DNA of 64,000 nt, taken from assembly GCA_963788375.1 (NCBI GenBank), contig CAWBGT010000016.1:94078-158077 (forward strand), in the 5' to 3' direction. Below, piece after piece: positions 43,191 to 52,339 of the stretch. Under the pieces are notes generated by a model. The model was not told where the DNA came from, did no database searches, and saw only the letters and a program-made list of their open reading frames with translations. Both the position numbers and the translations under genes were made by a program. The DNA comes from an uncultured Chloroflexia bacterium (GTDB taxonomy: Bacteria; Chloroflexota; Limnocylindria; Limnocylindrales; CSP1-4). How positions within the stretch are numbered: the stretch's first letter is position 1; each line of letters begins with the position of its first letter.

Positions 43191-44146
43191 CGTCCGCCCA
43201 GGATCGCCACCCAAGAGCCGATCCCGTAGCCCAGGTGCATCGCCGCCAGCGCCGCCGGCATCAGCAGGCGGATCGGCAGGCTTCGACCACGAGCGAGGAA
43301 CGCCGCCCCGAACAGCCCGGCCGCGTAGCCGCCCGCGGCCAGCGCGAAGGCCGGACGCCAGGCGACCACCGAGGTGATGGCGGCGGCGGCGAGGGAGGCG
43401 ACCAGTGCGGCCGGCGCCAGGTGCCGGGGACGGATCGCCTCGGGCCGCACCGCCGCGAGGGTCACCTTGGAATGCCCGTACCAGTAGTACTGGCGGTACA
43501 GCGAGCCCAGCGTCCTGCGTCCCAGGTAGCTGGACAGGATCGACGGGTCCAGGCGGATCCGGCCGCCGCCGGCACGGATCCGGGCATTCATGTCGTCGTC
43601 CTCGCTCCGCAGGAGGCGCGGATCGTAGGGGCCGACGCGGTCCAGGACGCTGCGCAGGTAGACGCCGAGGTACACGGACTCCGCGTCGCGCGCCTCGCCC
43701 TCAAAGTGGAAGGACGAGTCGCCAACCCCGGCGCGAGACTGGAGGGCCGCGGCGATCGCCCCCGCGACCAGGCCAGTGGAGGCCGGGCGCATCGGGCCGC
43801 CCGCCACGGCTGCACCCGTCTCGTCGAGCACGGCAGCCGCGCGCTCCAGGTAGTCGGGTGCGAGGCGGGACTGGGCGTCCACCATGGCCACCGCGTCGAC
43901 GTCGCCGTCGAGGGCTGCGATGGCCACATTCAGCGCCGAGGCCCGGTCGCCGGCCGGGTTCGCGTGGACCACGATCCGTTCGTTCCGGCTCGCTCGCTCT
44001 GCAGCAACCTGCTGCGTGGCGTCACGGGATGGTGCCACGCAGACGTGGATCCGCCCGGGCGGCAGCGTCTGTGCCTGGATCGTCGCCAAGCAGTCGGGAA
44101 GCAGGGCGGCGCCATCGCGCACGGGGACGATGACGTCGATCCTCAT
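43178..44146 (-). CDS. Family 2 glycosyltransferase with C-terminal TM helices
   Basis: 'IDVIVPVRDGAALLPDCLATIQAQT' GT-A N-terminus and a DxD-like motif. ATGA overlap with the upstream gene. Confidence 0.7.
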   Translation of the reverse strand: MRIDVIVPVRDGAALLPDCLATIQAQTLPPGRIHVCVAPSRDATQQVAAERASRNERIVVHANPAGDRASALNVAIAALDGDVDAVAMVDAQSRLAPDYLERAAAVLDETGAAVAGGPMRPASTGLVAGAIAAALQSRAGVGDSSFHFEGEARDAESVYLGVYLRSVLDRVGPYDPRLLRSEDDDMNARIRAGGGRIRLDPSILSSYLGRRTLGSLYRQYYWYGHSKVTLAAVRPEAIRPRHLAPAALVASLAAAAITSVVAWRPAFALAAGGYAAGLFGAAFLARGRSLPIRLLMPAALAAMHLGYGIGSWVAILGGRWRR

Positions 44147-45114
44147 CGCGACAGCGCCCTCGCCGCGGCGAGACCGGCTCGAAGCGCCGCGAGGCGGCGA
44201 CCAGCGTCGGGTTGCAGCAGGACCGCACCACCAACCGCGCGGAGCCAGAGAATCAACAGGCCGGTCACCATGCCCGCCGGTCCGTGCCACCGCCCCAGGT
44301 AGCGGACCATGCTCGCAGCGTGCCAGGGCCCGAACCGGTAGTCGCCCGGGGCGCTCGCGCCGCCGACATGATCCACGACCGCAGCGGGCAGATAGCGGAT
44401 CGGCCAGCCGGCTCGCGTGGCGCGGCGACACAGGTCTGCGTCCTCGAAGTACATGAAGTAGTGCTCGTCGAAGCGGCCCAGTTGCGAGAACGCCTCCCGG
44501 CCGACCGTGACGCACGCCCCGGAGACCATGGATACGTCGATGACCGTGGTGGCAGTCACCGCCTGATCATATTCGGCCGCCATCCGTGTCGATCCCACGA
44601 CGGCAGCCCCGCCCGGCAGGCGGCCGATCACGTCGGCGAGCCGATGGAGGCCAAGGCCCCGCACCAGCAAGTCGTCCGGTTTCGGCACCAGGCCAGCGGA
44701 TCGCTGGACCACACCATCCACGCCCACGAGGCGGGGCCCGACAAGCGCCCGTCCCCCGGCAGCGTCGACTTCGGAGGCCATCGCGGCCAGCGCGCCGGGG
44801 CGAAGGGTGGCATCGCTGTTGAGGAAGATGAGGGTGTCGCCCGTTGCCAGGGCGGCCCCCTGGTTCGCTCCGCTGCCGAAGCCTCCGTTGCGTGGGCTAG
44901 CCACGACCAGCAGGCGCTCATCCCGAATGGCCCGCAGCCTGTCCACGCTGTCGTCTCCGGACGCGTTGTCCACGACGACAACCTGCGTCGCCGCGTCCTC
45001 GAAGGCGCTGAGGACCGTCTTCTCGGTGAGCTCCGGTGTGCGGTAGTTGACGATAACGACCGAGGTCGAGTTGGGTCGGGTCGGCACGGGATGGCTCCGT
45101 GATCTGGGCACCAC
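44143..45114 (-). CDS. Family 2 glycosyltransferase (rhamnosyltransferase/WbbL-like)
   Basis: 'VVIVNYRTPELT…VVVDNASGDDS…LNSDA' GT2 motifs. Confidence 0.75.
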   Translation of the reverse strand: MVPRSRSHPVPTRPNSTSVVIVNYRTPELTEKTVLSAFEDAATQVVVVDNASGDDSVDRLRAIRDERLLVVASPRNGGFGSGANQGAALATGDTLIFLNSDATLRPGALAAMASEVDAAGGRALVGPRLVGVDGVVQRSAGLVPKPDDLLVRGLGLHRLADVIGRLPGGAAVVGSTRMAAEYDQAVTATTVIDVSMVSGACVTVGREAFSQLGRFDEHYFMYFEDADLCRRATRAGWPIRYLPAAVVDHVGGASAPGDYRFGPWHAASMVRYLGRWHGPAGMVTGLLILWLRAVGGAVLLQPDAGRRLAALRAGLAAARALSR

Positions 45115-45363
45115 TGATCGAGCGCGCGCAGAGTCGGTCCCATCCTATCTGGCGCCATCTGTGGAGCGCTCCGCTTGTCGGTGGTTGACAATGTGAAGGT
45201 GCTGTGCGGTTCGATGGCCTGGAGAGACGTCCTCGATCTTGACGACGGCACCCTCGAGGGGAATGCCGCGGTGTTCGGCGTACTTCTTGAGCAGACCCAG
45301 TGTTCCGCTGGTGGCGAACCGGCTACCCGTGCCTTCTGGGGTCAACTAGCCGCTCACTACGCC

Positions 45364-46824
45364 TGGATGAACCATCCTGGTGTCCACGCAAGCGGCGAAC
45401 TTGAAGCAGCGATCTCGGGTGCGCGGGTGGTCGCGGGCGAGCCCCCTGGCAGGGTCGGCCGCGGGCCCGAGCACGTTGTACACGTCCTGACGCAGGCCCT
45501 TCAGGTGGGTGGACATACCCGTCAGGTCTGGCGGTGGATTGGCGCCGATGCTGGCCGCCGGTCGTCGGTCGTACTAACGGGACAAGGGTGGCACCCGATC
45601 CCGGAAGCCTTGTCGCACGCAGCCACGTCTAGCGGAGGCCGCATCCTCGACCTGGCGTCCCGGCCCGGGCTCCTCCAGGACAGGGCCACACGATTGCGCA
45701 AGGCCCTCGCCACAGCCAATACGGTCGTGATCCACGCTCACCCGTTCGACGTCGTGCCCCTCCTCTCCCTCGAAGGCTGGCAGACACGACCACCTGTCCT
45801 CACCGTCAATCACGCTGATCACAGCTTCTGGATCGGCTTGCGGTCCACGGACGTCGTCGTAAGTTTCCGGGAGCACGGAGCCAAGTTAGCTGCAGATCGT
45901 CGGGGAGTTGCCCCCGAGCGATCAAAGGTCGTTCCCCTGCCCGTGGACCCTCCTCAAGGCCGATCCCCAAGCACCTGGCGAGCCGACAACGGCTTGCCGG
46001 CCGACGCATTCGTGACGCTGAGTATCGCCTCTCAGTACAAATACCGTCCCTGGGGAGATCTGGACTTCATCGACGCGATCGGTTCTTTGGTTGCGCGGAT
46101 GCCGAACCTGCACGTGCTGGTGGTCGGTCCTGAACCGACTGGACGGTGGGCGCAGAGTGAGCTGGCGACGGGCGGGCGCTTTCGAGCCCTTGGGATCAGG
46201 CGCGATGTTGCTGACCTGCTGGGTGCGGCGGATGTGTATCTGGACTCGTTTCCATTGAGTTCGCTGACCTCGATGCTCGAGGCCGGTAATCGTGGGATCC
46301 CGGTGATGAAGTTGAGATCGGGACCTGGCCTCGAGATCCTCAGCGGCGACTCGCCCGGCCTGGATGAGACAGTCATCACGTTCTCGACAACGAACGAGAT
46401 GGAGCAAGTACTGCGGGCATTGGCCGAGGATGCCGCGAGCAGGACCAGCCTCGGCGCTCGTACGGCGGATGCAATCCACCGCGTATCGTCCGGTGCGGGC
46501 TGGATGCATGCCGTGGAGGAGGCATATGCGGCCGCCGCGCACATGCGCGCGACCAACGCACCACCCCTAGTGGCTCTGGCTGAGCCAAACTACGGGTCCC
46601 TCGATCGCCGTCTCGCGGGCCTCCAGCTCCAAGGGGTGGGCCTCCGCGATGCAGTTCGAAGCCACCTTCGCTACCTCCCCGTCCAGGACCGCTCGCGACT
46701 CTTGTTCGCACTGCGACGCGACCACCCCCTGTCCAGCGCCGCCGCGGTCGTGCCAGATTGGGCTCGCAGCAGGCTTCGCGGCTTTGCCGAAACAGGTACC
46801 GCGGAGCGATTGGCGGGGCGCTGA
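45364..46824 (+). CDS. Putative GT-B (GT4-like) glycosyltransferase of atypical composition; start uncertain
   Basis: The C-terminal 'LLGAADVYLDSFPLSSLTSMLEAGNRGIPVM' resembles the GT4 EX7E region. Lower GC and frequent rare codons (tta, cta, aca, agt, aaa) compared with its neighbours. The ORF is open upstream to 45175. Confidence 0.45.
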   Translation, partial: WMNHPGVHASGELEAAISGARVVAGEPPGRVGRGPEHVVHVLTQALQVGGHTRQVWRWIGADAGRRSSVVLTGQGWHPIPEALSHAATSSGGRILDLASRPGLLQDRATRLRKALATANTVVIHAHPFDVVPLLSLEGWQTRPPVLTVNHADHSFWIGLRSTDVVVSFREHGAKLAADRRGVAPERSKVVPLPVDPPQGRSPSTWRADNGLPADAFVTLSIASQYKYRPWGDLDFIDAIGSLVARMPNLHVLVVGPEPTGRWAQSELATGGRFRALGIRRDVADLLGAADVYLDSFPLSSLTSMLEAGNRGIPVMKLRSGPGLEILSGDSPGLDETVITFSTTNEMEQVLRALAEDAASRTSLGARTADAIHRVSSGAGWMHAVEEAYAAAAHMRATNAPPLVALAEPNYGSLDRRLAGLQLQGVGLRDAVRSHLRYLPVQDRSRLLFALRRDHPLSSAAAVVPDWARSRLRGFAETGTAERLAGR

Positions 46825-46843
46825 ACCCTTGGGGCACCTACTC

Positions 46844-48195
46844 TCAGGCCCTACGGCGCTTCTTGAGGCGTGCCGAGTAGAGTTCGGCGTCATCGCCGAC
46901 CAGCACCTTGGTCGGCAGCTTGAACGCCGCGAGTTGGCCAGCGCACGCGGTCCGGATGCGGACCTTCAGATTGGCGGCAGTCTCCGGCTTGTCGGTGACC
47001 ACCCGTGCGACCACCGCGTGGCCCGAGCAGCGCGTGCGGCTCCCCGAACACGGCGACATCGCGGATGTTGTCGAGGTCCAGGATCGCCTGCTCGACTTCA
47101 GCCGGGTAGACCTTCTGGCCTGCCACGTTGATGAGGTCGCTGTCTCGCCCGAGGATCCGCAGCCAGTCCCCATCCACCTCGACCAGGTCCTGAGTGTTGA
47201 ACCATCCATCGTCGTCGAAGCCGCTTGGCGCGTTGAGGTAGCCCACCATCGCATAGTCGGATCTGATCCACGAGATCCCGTCAACGACCTTCGTCTGGAA
47301 GCCATCACCGCCGATCCGCACCCAGAGGGAGCCGTCGTCGCGGGACTTCGACCGCAGCACGCCGAGCTCCGACAGCCCGTACGTCTGCTGGAGCACGACC
47401 CCCGGAAATGCCGCGCGGACGCGATCGAGGGTCTGCTGGGGCATAACCTCCGTGCCGTAGGTGATCTTCCGCAGCGATCCCAGTTCATGCTGCTCAAGCA
47501 CGTCGGAGCGGATGAGCAGGTTCAGGAACGAGGGCGTGGTGGGCAGGACCTCGACGCGGTGCTGCTCGATCGCCCGGCAGATCGTCACGACGGATCGATC
47601 GCCCACGGTGACCACCGTTCCGTGGCCGCCCAGGATCGAGAAGATCGTGTTGATGCCGCCGAAGTGGTCCAGCATGAGGAAGGCGATGGCGACGATCGGC
47701 CGGCCAGGTCGCCGGTACTTCTCCAGGACGACAGCCATGTCGTGGAGAATTGCTTTCGGGTCGCCCGGAGCTGCCGGACGAGAACAGGATCAGGCCGGGC
47801 GAGCCAGCCTCGATCTGGTCGGTGAGCAGCGGGTGTTCAGGGGTGGTCGCCGTGCGAGCGATGGTTCGTTCCGCGCCACGGCAATCGATGATCCAGCCAG
47901 CCTCCGACAGGTCCAGGATCGTGCTCATCTCCACGACGGCCTCGGCGGTCACCGGGACGATGGTGCAACTGTTCCGCAGGAGCGCCAGGAGCAGTGCGAA
48001 GACCTCCGGCGAGTAGTCGCCCAGCACGACCGCGATGTCACCACTCTGCACGCCCGCGGCGTTCAGCCACCGGCCCGCGGCGTCCGTCTCGTGCAGCAGA
48101 TCGCCATAGCTAACTGACCGCCCCCGATCGACGAAGGCAATCGAGCCGGGCGCCGTCGCGAAGCGCTCCAATAGGAGCCCCAGGATCTCGATCAC
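46844..48195 (-). CDS. AMP-dependent synthetase/ligase (ANL superfamily; candidate acyl-ACP/CoA ligase) with two apparent +1 frameshifts in G-runs
   Basis: Three ORF pieces in different frames cover consecutive ANL regions. Removing one g from 'tccgggcgaccc' restores the AMP-binding motif SSGSSGDPKAI. Removing one g from 'ctcgggccacgcgg' joins …FGEPHALLG to HAVVARVVTDKPE…LAAFKLPTKVL. Confidence 0.65.
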
Positions 48196-49107
48196 GTGAC
48201 GACGAACGCCATGACTTCGGGCACCGGCACGCCCGGCCGTCGCGGGATCGCCGCCCAGGCCGATGCGTACTGGTGGATCTCGAACCCCGCCGTGTTCAGG
48301 TGGTCGATGATGTCGGCGGCCGTCCGATACAGGTAGATGTGGTCCGCGTTGGCGGCGTTGAGGGCCGTTGCCAGGAACGCTCGACCGCCTGGACGAAGCA
48401 TGGCCCGGAGGCCGCGGAGGAACCCGACCGGATCCTCAAGGTGCTCCAGGACCTCCACGCACACCAGGTGGTCGACGGGCGCCGGCAGGTGCTCCATAAC
48501 GTCCTGCACCCGGACCACGAAACGGTCCCCAGACCCGAATGACGCGACGTGCCGCTCCGCGAACCGCGCGGACGAGGCGCTGATGTCGAAGGCCGTGCCC
48601 GTCAGGTCCGGCGCCCCAGCTAGCAGGCGGCGCGAGTAGATCCCGGTCCCCACGCCCACGTCGTAGAAGGTCCCGGGTCCCGCGCGTCGCGCCTCCTCCA
48701 CGAAGGCGTGGTCGAAGAAGCGGAGCTGTCGATAGTGGTGCGGCCAGAGGAAGTGAGAGAGAAGCAGGCCGGGCAGGTAGCACGCGGTCATGTACTCGTC
48801 GTTCGCGTAGACCTCGGCGGCCACCTCCGCGTAGGTTCGGTGGCGGTACTCGCGAGTCTGCTCGAACGTCGCCTGGAGCCGGAGTGCCTCGAGGGCGAAC
48901 CTCGAGTAGCCATCAACGGCGCGGGCGATGTCTGCAGGATCCGGCAGGAGGCGGACGAATCGTGTCCTCCGTGTCCGCGGCCCAGCCCTCACCCAGGAGC
49001 GCCCGCGTGCGCGGCACGGCGTCCCGGAAGACGGGCGACGCCGATCTGAACTGCGCCTCAAGGCGGTCCAGCGCGGGCGTTGGGACAGGTTCTCCTGGGT
49101 CAGCCAC
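48192..49107 (-). CDS. Class I SAM-dependent methyltransferase (apparent frameshift around 48960-49060)
   Basis: GTG start overlaps the ACP stop. The N-terminal 60 aa is in one frame, and the remainder ('…YDVGVGTGIYSRRLL…VLEHLEDPVGFLRGLRAMLRPGGRAFL') in another. Confidence 0.55.
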
Positions 49108-49339
49108 CGGCGAGCTGCTCCTCGACGACCGCCAGGATGATCGGGTAGGAGGTCATCACCGCGACGTCGTCGTCCGGCACCGTGATGCCGAAGGCCTGCT
49201 CCAACGCGATCACCAGGTTCATGTGCCGCACGGAGTCCCACGTGTCGACTGTGTCCGTGCTCGTGTCCGGGCCGACGTCGGCGGGGTCAAGCTCGAGCAT
49301 CGCCGCGACGACTTCTCGCAGCTTGTCCTCAGTAGGCAC
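49100..49339 (-). CDS. Acyl carrier protein
   Basis: 79 aa with a 'DTWDSVRHMNLVIALEQAFGI' phosphopantetheine-attachment Ser motif. Confidence 0.8.
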   Translation of the reverse strand: MPTEDKLREVVAAMLELDPADVGPDTSTDTVDTWDSVRHMNLVIALEQAFGITVPDDDVAVMTSYPIILAVVEEQLAGG

Positions 49340-51146
49340 GGATCACCTCGACGAAGGGGGGTGGTGTAGCATCTGGCGATTCCGGGAGATCCAGTTCGTA
49401 GTCGCGTCGGCCGTCCGGATGGGCGCGGACCAGCGTGAACCCCGCGCGCTCCCAGAACTCCCGGACCTGCCCGTTCTTGGCCGTGGGCAGATAGGTGGCC
49501 CCCAGGCGGCGGCATCCGCGCGCGCGCAGGTCATCGAACACCACCGGCCAGCAGGCGTCCTCCACGCCTCGGCCCAGGATCCGGCAGCTGAGCAGAAAGG
49601 AGTCCACCTTCGCAGTTTCGCCCTCGAAGGTCACGATCGCCACTCCGGTCAGGCCGGAATCACCGAACCTGTCTTGGACGTTGACCGAGAGCACGTCCGC
49701 CAAACCGGAGCCCATCAGATCCAGGATCTCGGCCTCGGTCCGCCGGCGCGTTGTGAGGTTGAACTGGTTGGATTTCTGCGTGAGCTCGGCAATCCTGGGC
49801 GCGGACGCGCGGTCGTTGAGCCTGATCGTGACGCGGATCCCAAGGGAGGCAAGGTAGGCCTCCTGGGTAGCGAAGTTGACCCGGTCCGCCAGCGCCAGCT
49901 CCCGGATCCTGTACTGCGCGGTCTTGTCGGTGTCCGCGATAGTCGGACCCCCGGCCTGGAACAGATCCGCGATGTCGTCCAGCATCCGCGGGTAGGTTGA
50001 GAGGTCCGCTGGTACCTGAAACACGCGAACCGCCGGCAGTCGGGTGCGGACGGCGTCGCACTCGATGGCGGCGTCATCCACGAACACGAGCGAATCCAGC
50101 CCGATCCCAAGGGCCTCGGCGATCTCCCGAAGGTTGTCCGCCTTGGCGCCCCAGTTGATCCGCCGGATGGTGATGTCTTCGTCGCGCAGGACCATGTGGG
50201 GGTGCCGGGTGAAGACCTCGGCAACGTCCGCCTCATTGTTCCTGGAGCAGAGGCCCAAGAGCACGCCGTTCCGCCGCAAGGCGAGAAGCCGGTGCTGCGC
50301 CTCCCAGTAGATGCCCGCAGGGTTGCCCTGCGGTGCCAGGGTGATGCCGCCGATCAGGTCCTCGCCGATGGTCCCGCCCCACAGAGTCCCATCGCAGTCC
50401 AGGATCAGCGCTTTGAGGAAGTAGGAGTCGAACCCACGGCTCCGCAGGAAGACCTCCTGGGCAAGCGCGTCGGCGAACGTCGGCGAGAACGGGGCTGCGA
50501 AGCGCCTGTAGGACCGAGGATCGTGGCTGCGTTCCCAACCGATGCGTGCGCAGAGGGCGGAGGTATCGATGAGCTCGACATTGGGGTAGGCCTTGGCGGC
50601 CCCCAGCAGCACCTCGTTGAACGCGGCGATGGCCGCCGCGGAGCTGCCCGCGTCCGGGCCGGTGGCGGGGCTGCCCATCGCATGGAGCGTGCCGACGAGG
50701 ATGCGCGGAACCGATGCTGCGGTTGCGAGCGCGAGGTCAAGCTCGGCGCGGTAGCCGTTCACGCGGTCGAGCAAGAGATCCGGCTCCAGGTGCCCCGAGC
50801 GGGCCTCGAATGCCGGCATGAGTGCGTCGAACCAGTCGAGGATGACGATCGCATCCACTCCGCCCGCGGCAAGCTCCCGGACACCCCCGACGCGGTCCGC
50901 GATGGGTCCGAGCGACACCGTCGCTTGCAGATCACCGAGGACGGCGTGCTTCCGCAGGAAGGGCGCCAGAAGGTCCAGGGTGACGTTGCCGGAGAGCCCG
51001 ATGCGGACGGTGCGCGCATCCAGCACCATGCCCTCCACCCGGGTAACGAGCCGAGTGACGGCCGCCAGGTCATCGCCGGCGCGAGCAAGGGCGTCACGCG
51101 CCTCCTTGGGCCCCGGCTCGCCGGTCACCGGGATCGCGTCCTTCAC
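49329..51146 (-). CDS. FkbH-like protein (HAD-IIIC phosphatase-like acyl/glyceryl-ACP loader with C-terminal GNAT-like domain)
   Basis: 'LILDCDGTLWGG' (DxDGTLW, diagnostic of the FkbH/HAD-IIIC family), then 'VFVDD' and a GNAT-like C-terminus. GTG start whose GTGA overlaps the upstream gene. Confidence 0.7.
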   Translation of the reverse strand: MKDAIPVTGEPGPKEARDALARAGDDLAAVTRLVTRVEGMVLDARTVRIGLSGNVTLDLLAPFLRKHAVLGDLQATVSLGPIADRVGGVRELAAGGVDAIVILDWFDALMPAFEARSGHLEPDLLLDRVNGYRAELDLALATAASVPRILVGTLHAMGSPATGPDAGSSAAAIAAFNEVLLGAAKAYPNVELIDTSALCARIGWERSHDPRSYRRFAAPFSPTFADALAQEVFLRSRGFDSYFLKALILDCDGTLWGGTIGEDLIGGITLAPQGNPAGIYWEAQHRLLALRRNGVLLGLCSRNNEADVAEVFTRHPHMVLRDEDITIRRINWGAKADNLREIAEALGIGLDSLVFVDDAAIECDAVRTRLPAVRVFQVPADLSTYPRMLDDIADLFQAGGPTIADTDKTAQYRIRELALADRVNFATQEAYLASLGIRVTIRLNDRASAPRIAELTQKSNQFNLTTRRRTEAEILDLMGSGLADVLSVNVQDRFGDSGLTGVAIVTFEGETAKVDSFLLSCRILGRGVEDACWPVVFDDLRARGCRRLGATYLPTAKNGQVREFWERAGFTLVRAHPDGRRDYELDLPESPDATPPPFVEVIRAY

Positions 51147-52339
51147 AGCGTAGTCAGCCCGCCGTTGATTCGGATCGTCTCGCCGGTGATGTAATCCGCG
51201 CCCGGTGAGACGAGGAAGGCGACGGCATCCGCCACGTCGGACGGTTCGGCGAGGCGACGAAGCGGCGCCTGGCGCGCCAGGACGAGGCGCGCCTTCTCGG
51301 GAATGTCCGCCACCATCGCCGTCTCGGTCATCGCCGGCGACACGCAGTTGACGTTGATTCCGATCGGGCCGAGCTCCACTGCCAGTGACCGGGCCAGCGT
51401 CGCCAGCGCAGCCTTGCCGATAGCGTACGCAGTCCACTTTGGCGTTGGCGCACCGTCGAGGACGCCGGACGTGACGAATACGATGCGGCCGAACCCCTGG
51501 TCCCGCATCGCAGGCAGCGCCGCCTGCGCCAGGAACAGCCCACCGCGGGCGCCGGTGTCAAGGTGACCCTGGACCTGCGCCCAGCTGAGCTGCCCCAAGG
51601 CGGACGGATCGATGGGCGGCGATGCCGCGTGCACGACCGTGCCCACCGCGCCGAACCGGCGGATCGCGGCCGCAATCAGCTCCTCCACGGACGCCTGGTC
51701 CGCAAGGTCCACGCGAACGGCTTGGGCCTCCGTACCGTCCGCGACGAGCGAGGCGGCGAGCGCTTCCGCGCGGTCCGGACCCGAGTGGTATCCGGCGACG
51801 ATGGCAAACCCGTCACGAGCCAGCGACCGGCAGATGGCCTGGCCGATGCCGCCCGCAGCTCCGGCCACGACCGCCACCTTCGGCCGCTCGGCCAAGGGCT
51901 CCGCCGGCGTCGGTGGTTGGAGGACCCTGACCGTCCCCTTGCCCGTGAGCACGGCCTGGTTCCGCTGGTTGTCGATACGGGTGTTCAGCTCCAGGAGTCG
52001 GTCGCGCTCGTGTTTGGCGGTGACCGAGCAGGTCACCGTCAGCGTGTCGCCCAGGCGCACGGGAAGGAGGAAGTCGAATGCCTGCGAGACCCAGACCGCT
52101 CCGCCCCCCGGCAGCCTTGTGCCGATCAAGGTCGAGAGGAACGACGCCCCGAGCATGCCGTGGACGACGATGTCCTTGAACGGCGTCGTCTCCGCGAAGG
52201 CACGATCAACGTGGAGCGGGTTGTCGTCGCCGGTGAGGTCGACGAAGCGGCGAACGTCGTCGCCCGTGATCACGCGGGTGAGGCTTGCGGTGTCACCGAC
52301 CGCAAGGTCGTCGAACGACCGGAAGCTCACATTACTCAT
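51143..52339 (-). CDS. Bifunctional MaoC-like (hot-dog) dehydratase plus SDR (FabG-like) reductase
   Basis: N-terminal 'DDNPLHVDRAFAE…' hot-dog motif. C-terminal 'VAVVAGAAGGIGQAI' Rossmann and YxxxK-like catalytic region. ATGA overlap with the KAS III gene. Confidence 0.75.
   Translation of the reverse strand: MSNVSFRSFDDLAVGDTASLTRVITGDDVRRFVDLTGDDNPLHVDRAFAETTPFKDIVVHGMLGASFLSTLIGTRLPGGGAVWVSQAFDFLLPVRLGDTLTVTCSVTAKHERDRLLELNTRIDNQRNQAVLTGKGTVRVLQPPTPAEPLAERPKVAVVAGAAGGIGQAICRSLARDGFAIVAGYHSGPDRAEALAASLVADGTEAQAVRVDLADQASVEELIAAAIRRFGAVGTVVHAASPPIDPSALGQLSWAQVQGHLDTGARGGLFLAQAALPAMRDQGFGRIVFVTSGVLDGAPTPKWTAYAIGKAALATLARSLAVELGPIGINVNCVSPAMTETAMVADIPEKARLVLARQAPLRRLAEPSDVADAVAFLVSPGADYITGETIRINGGLTTL

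Noticed and set aside
45145-45345. Minus-strand TTG-initiated 66-aa ORF (…LLKKYAEHRGIPLEGAVVKIEDVSPGH…)
   Set aside because: It looks protein-like, but I cannot place it in a known family. It overlaps the possible 5' end of the atypical-GC glycosyltransferase ORF. I kept it as an ambiguity in that finding rather than calling it a gene.
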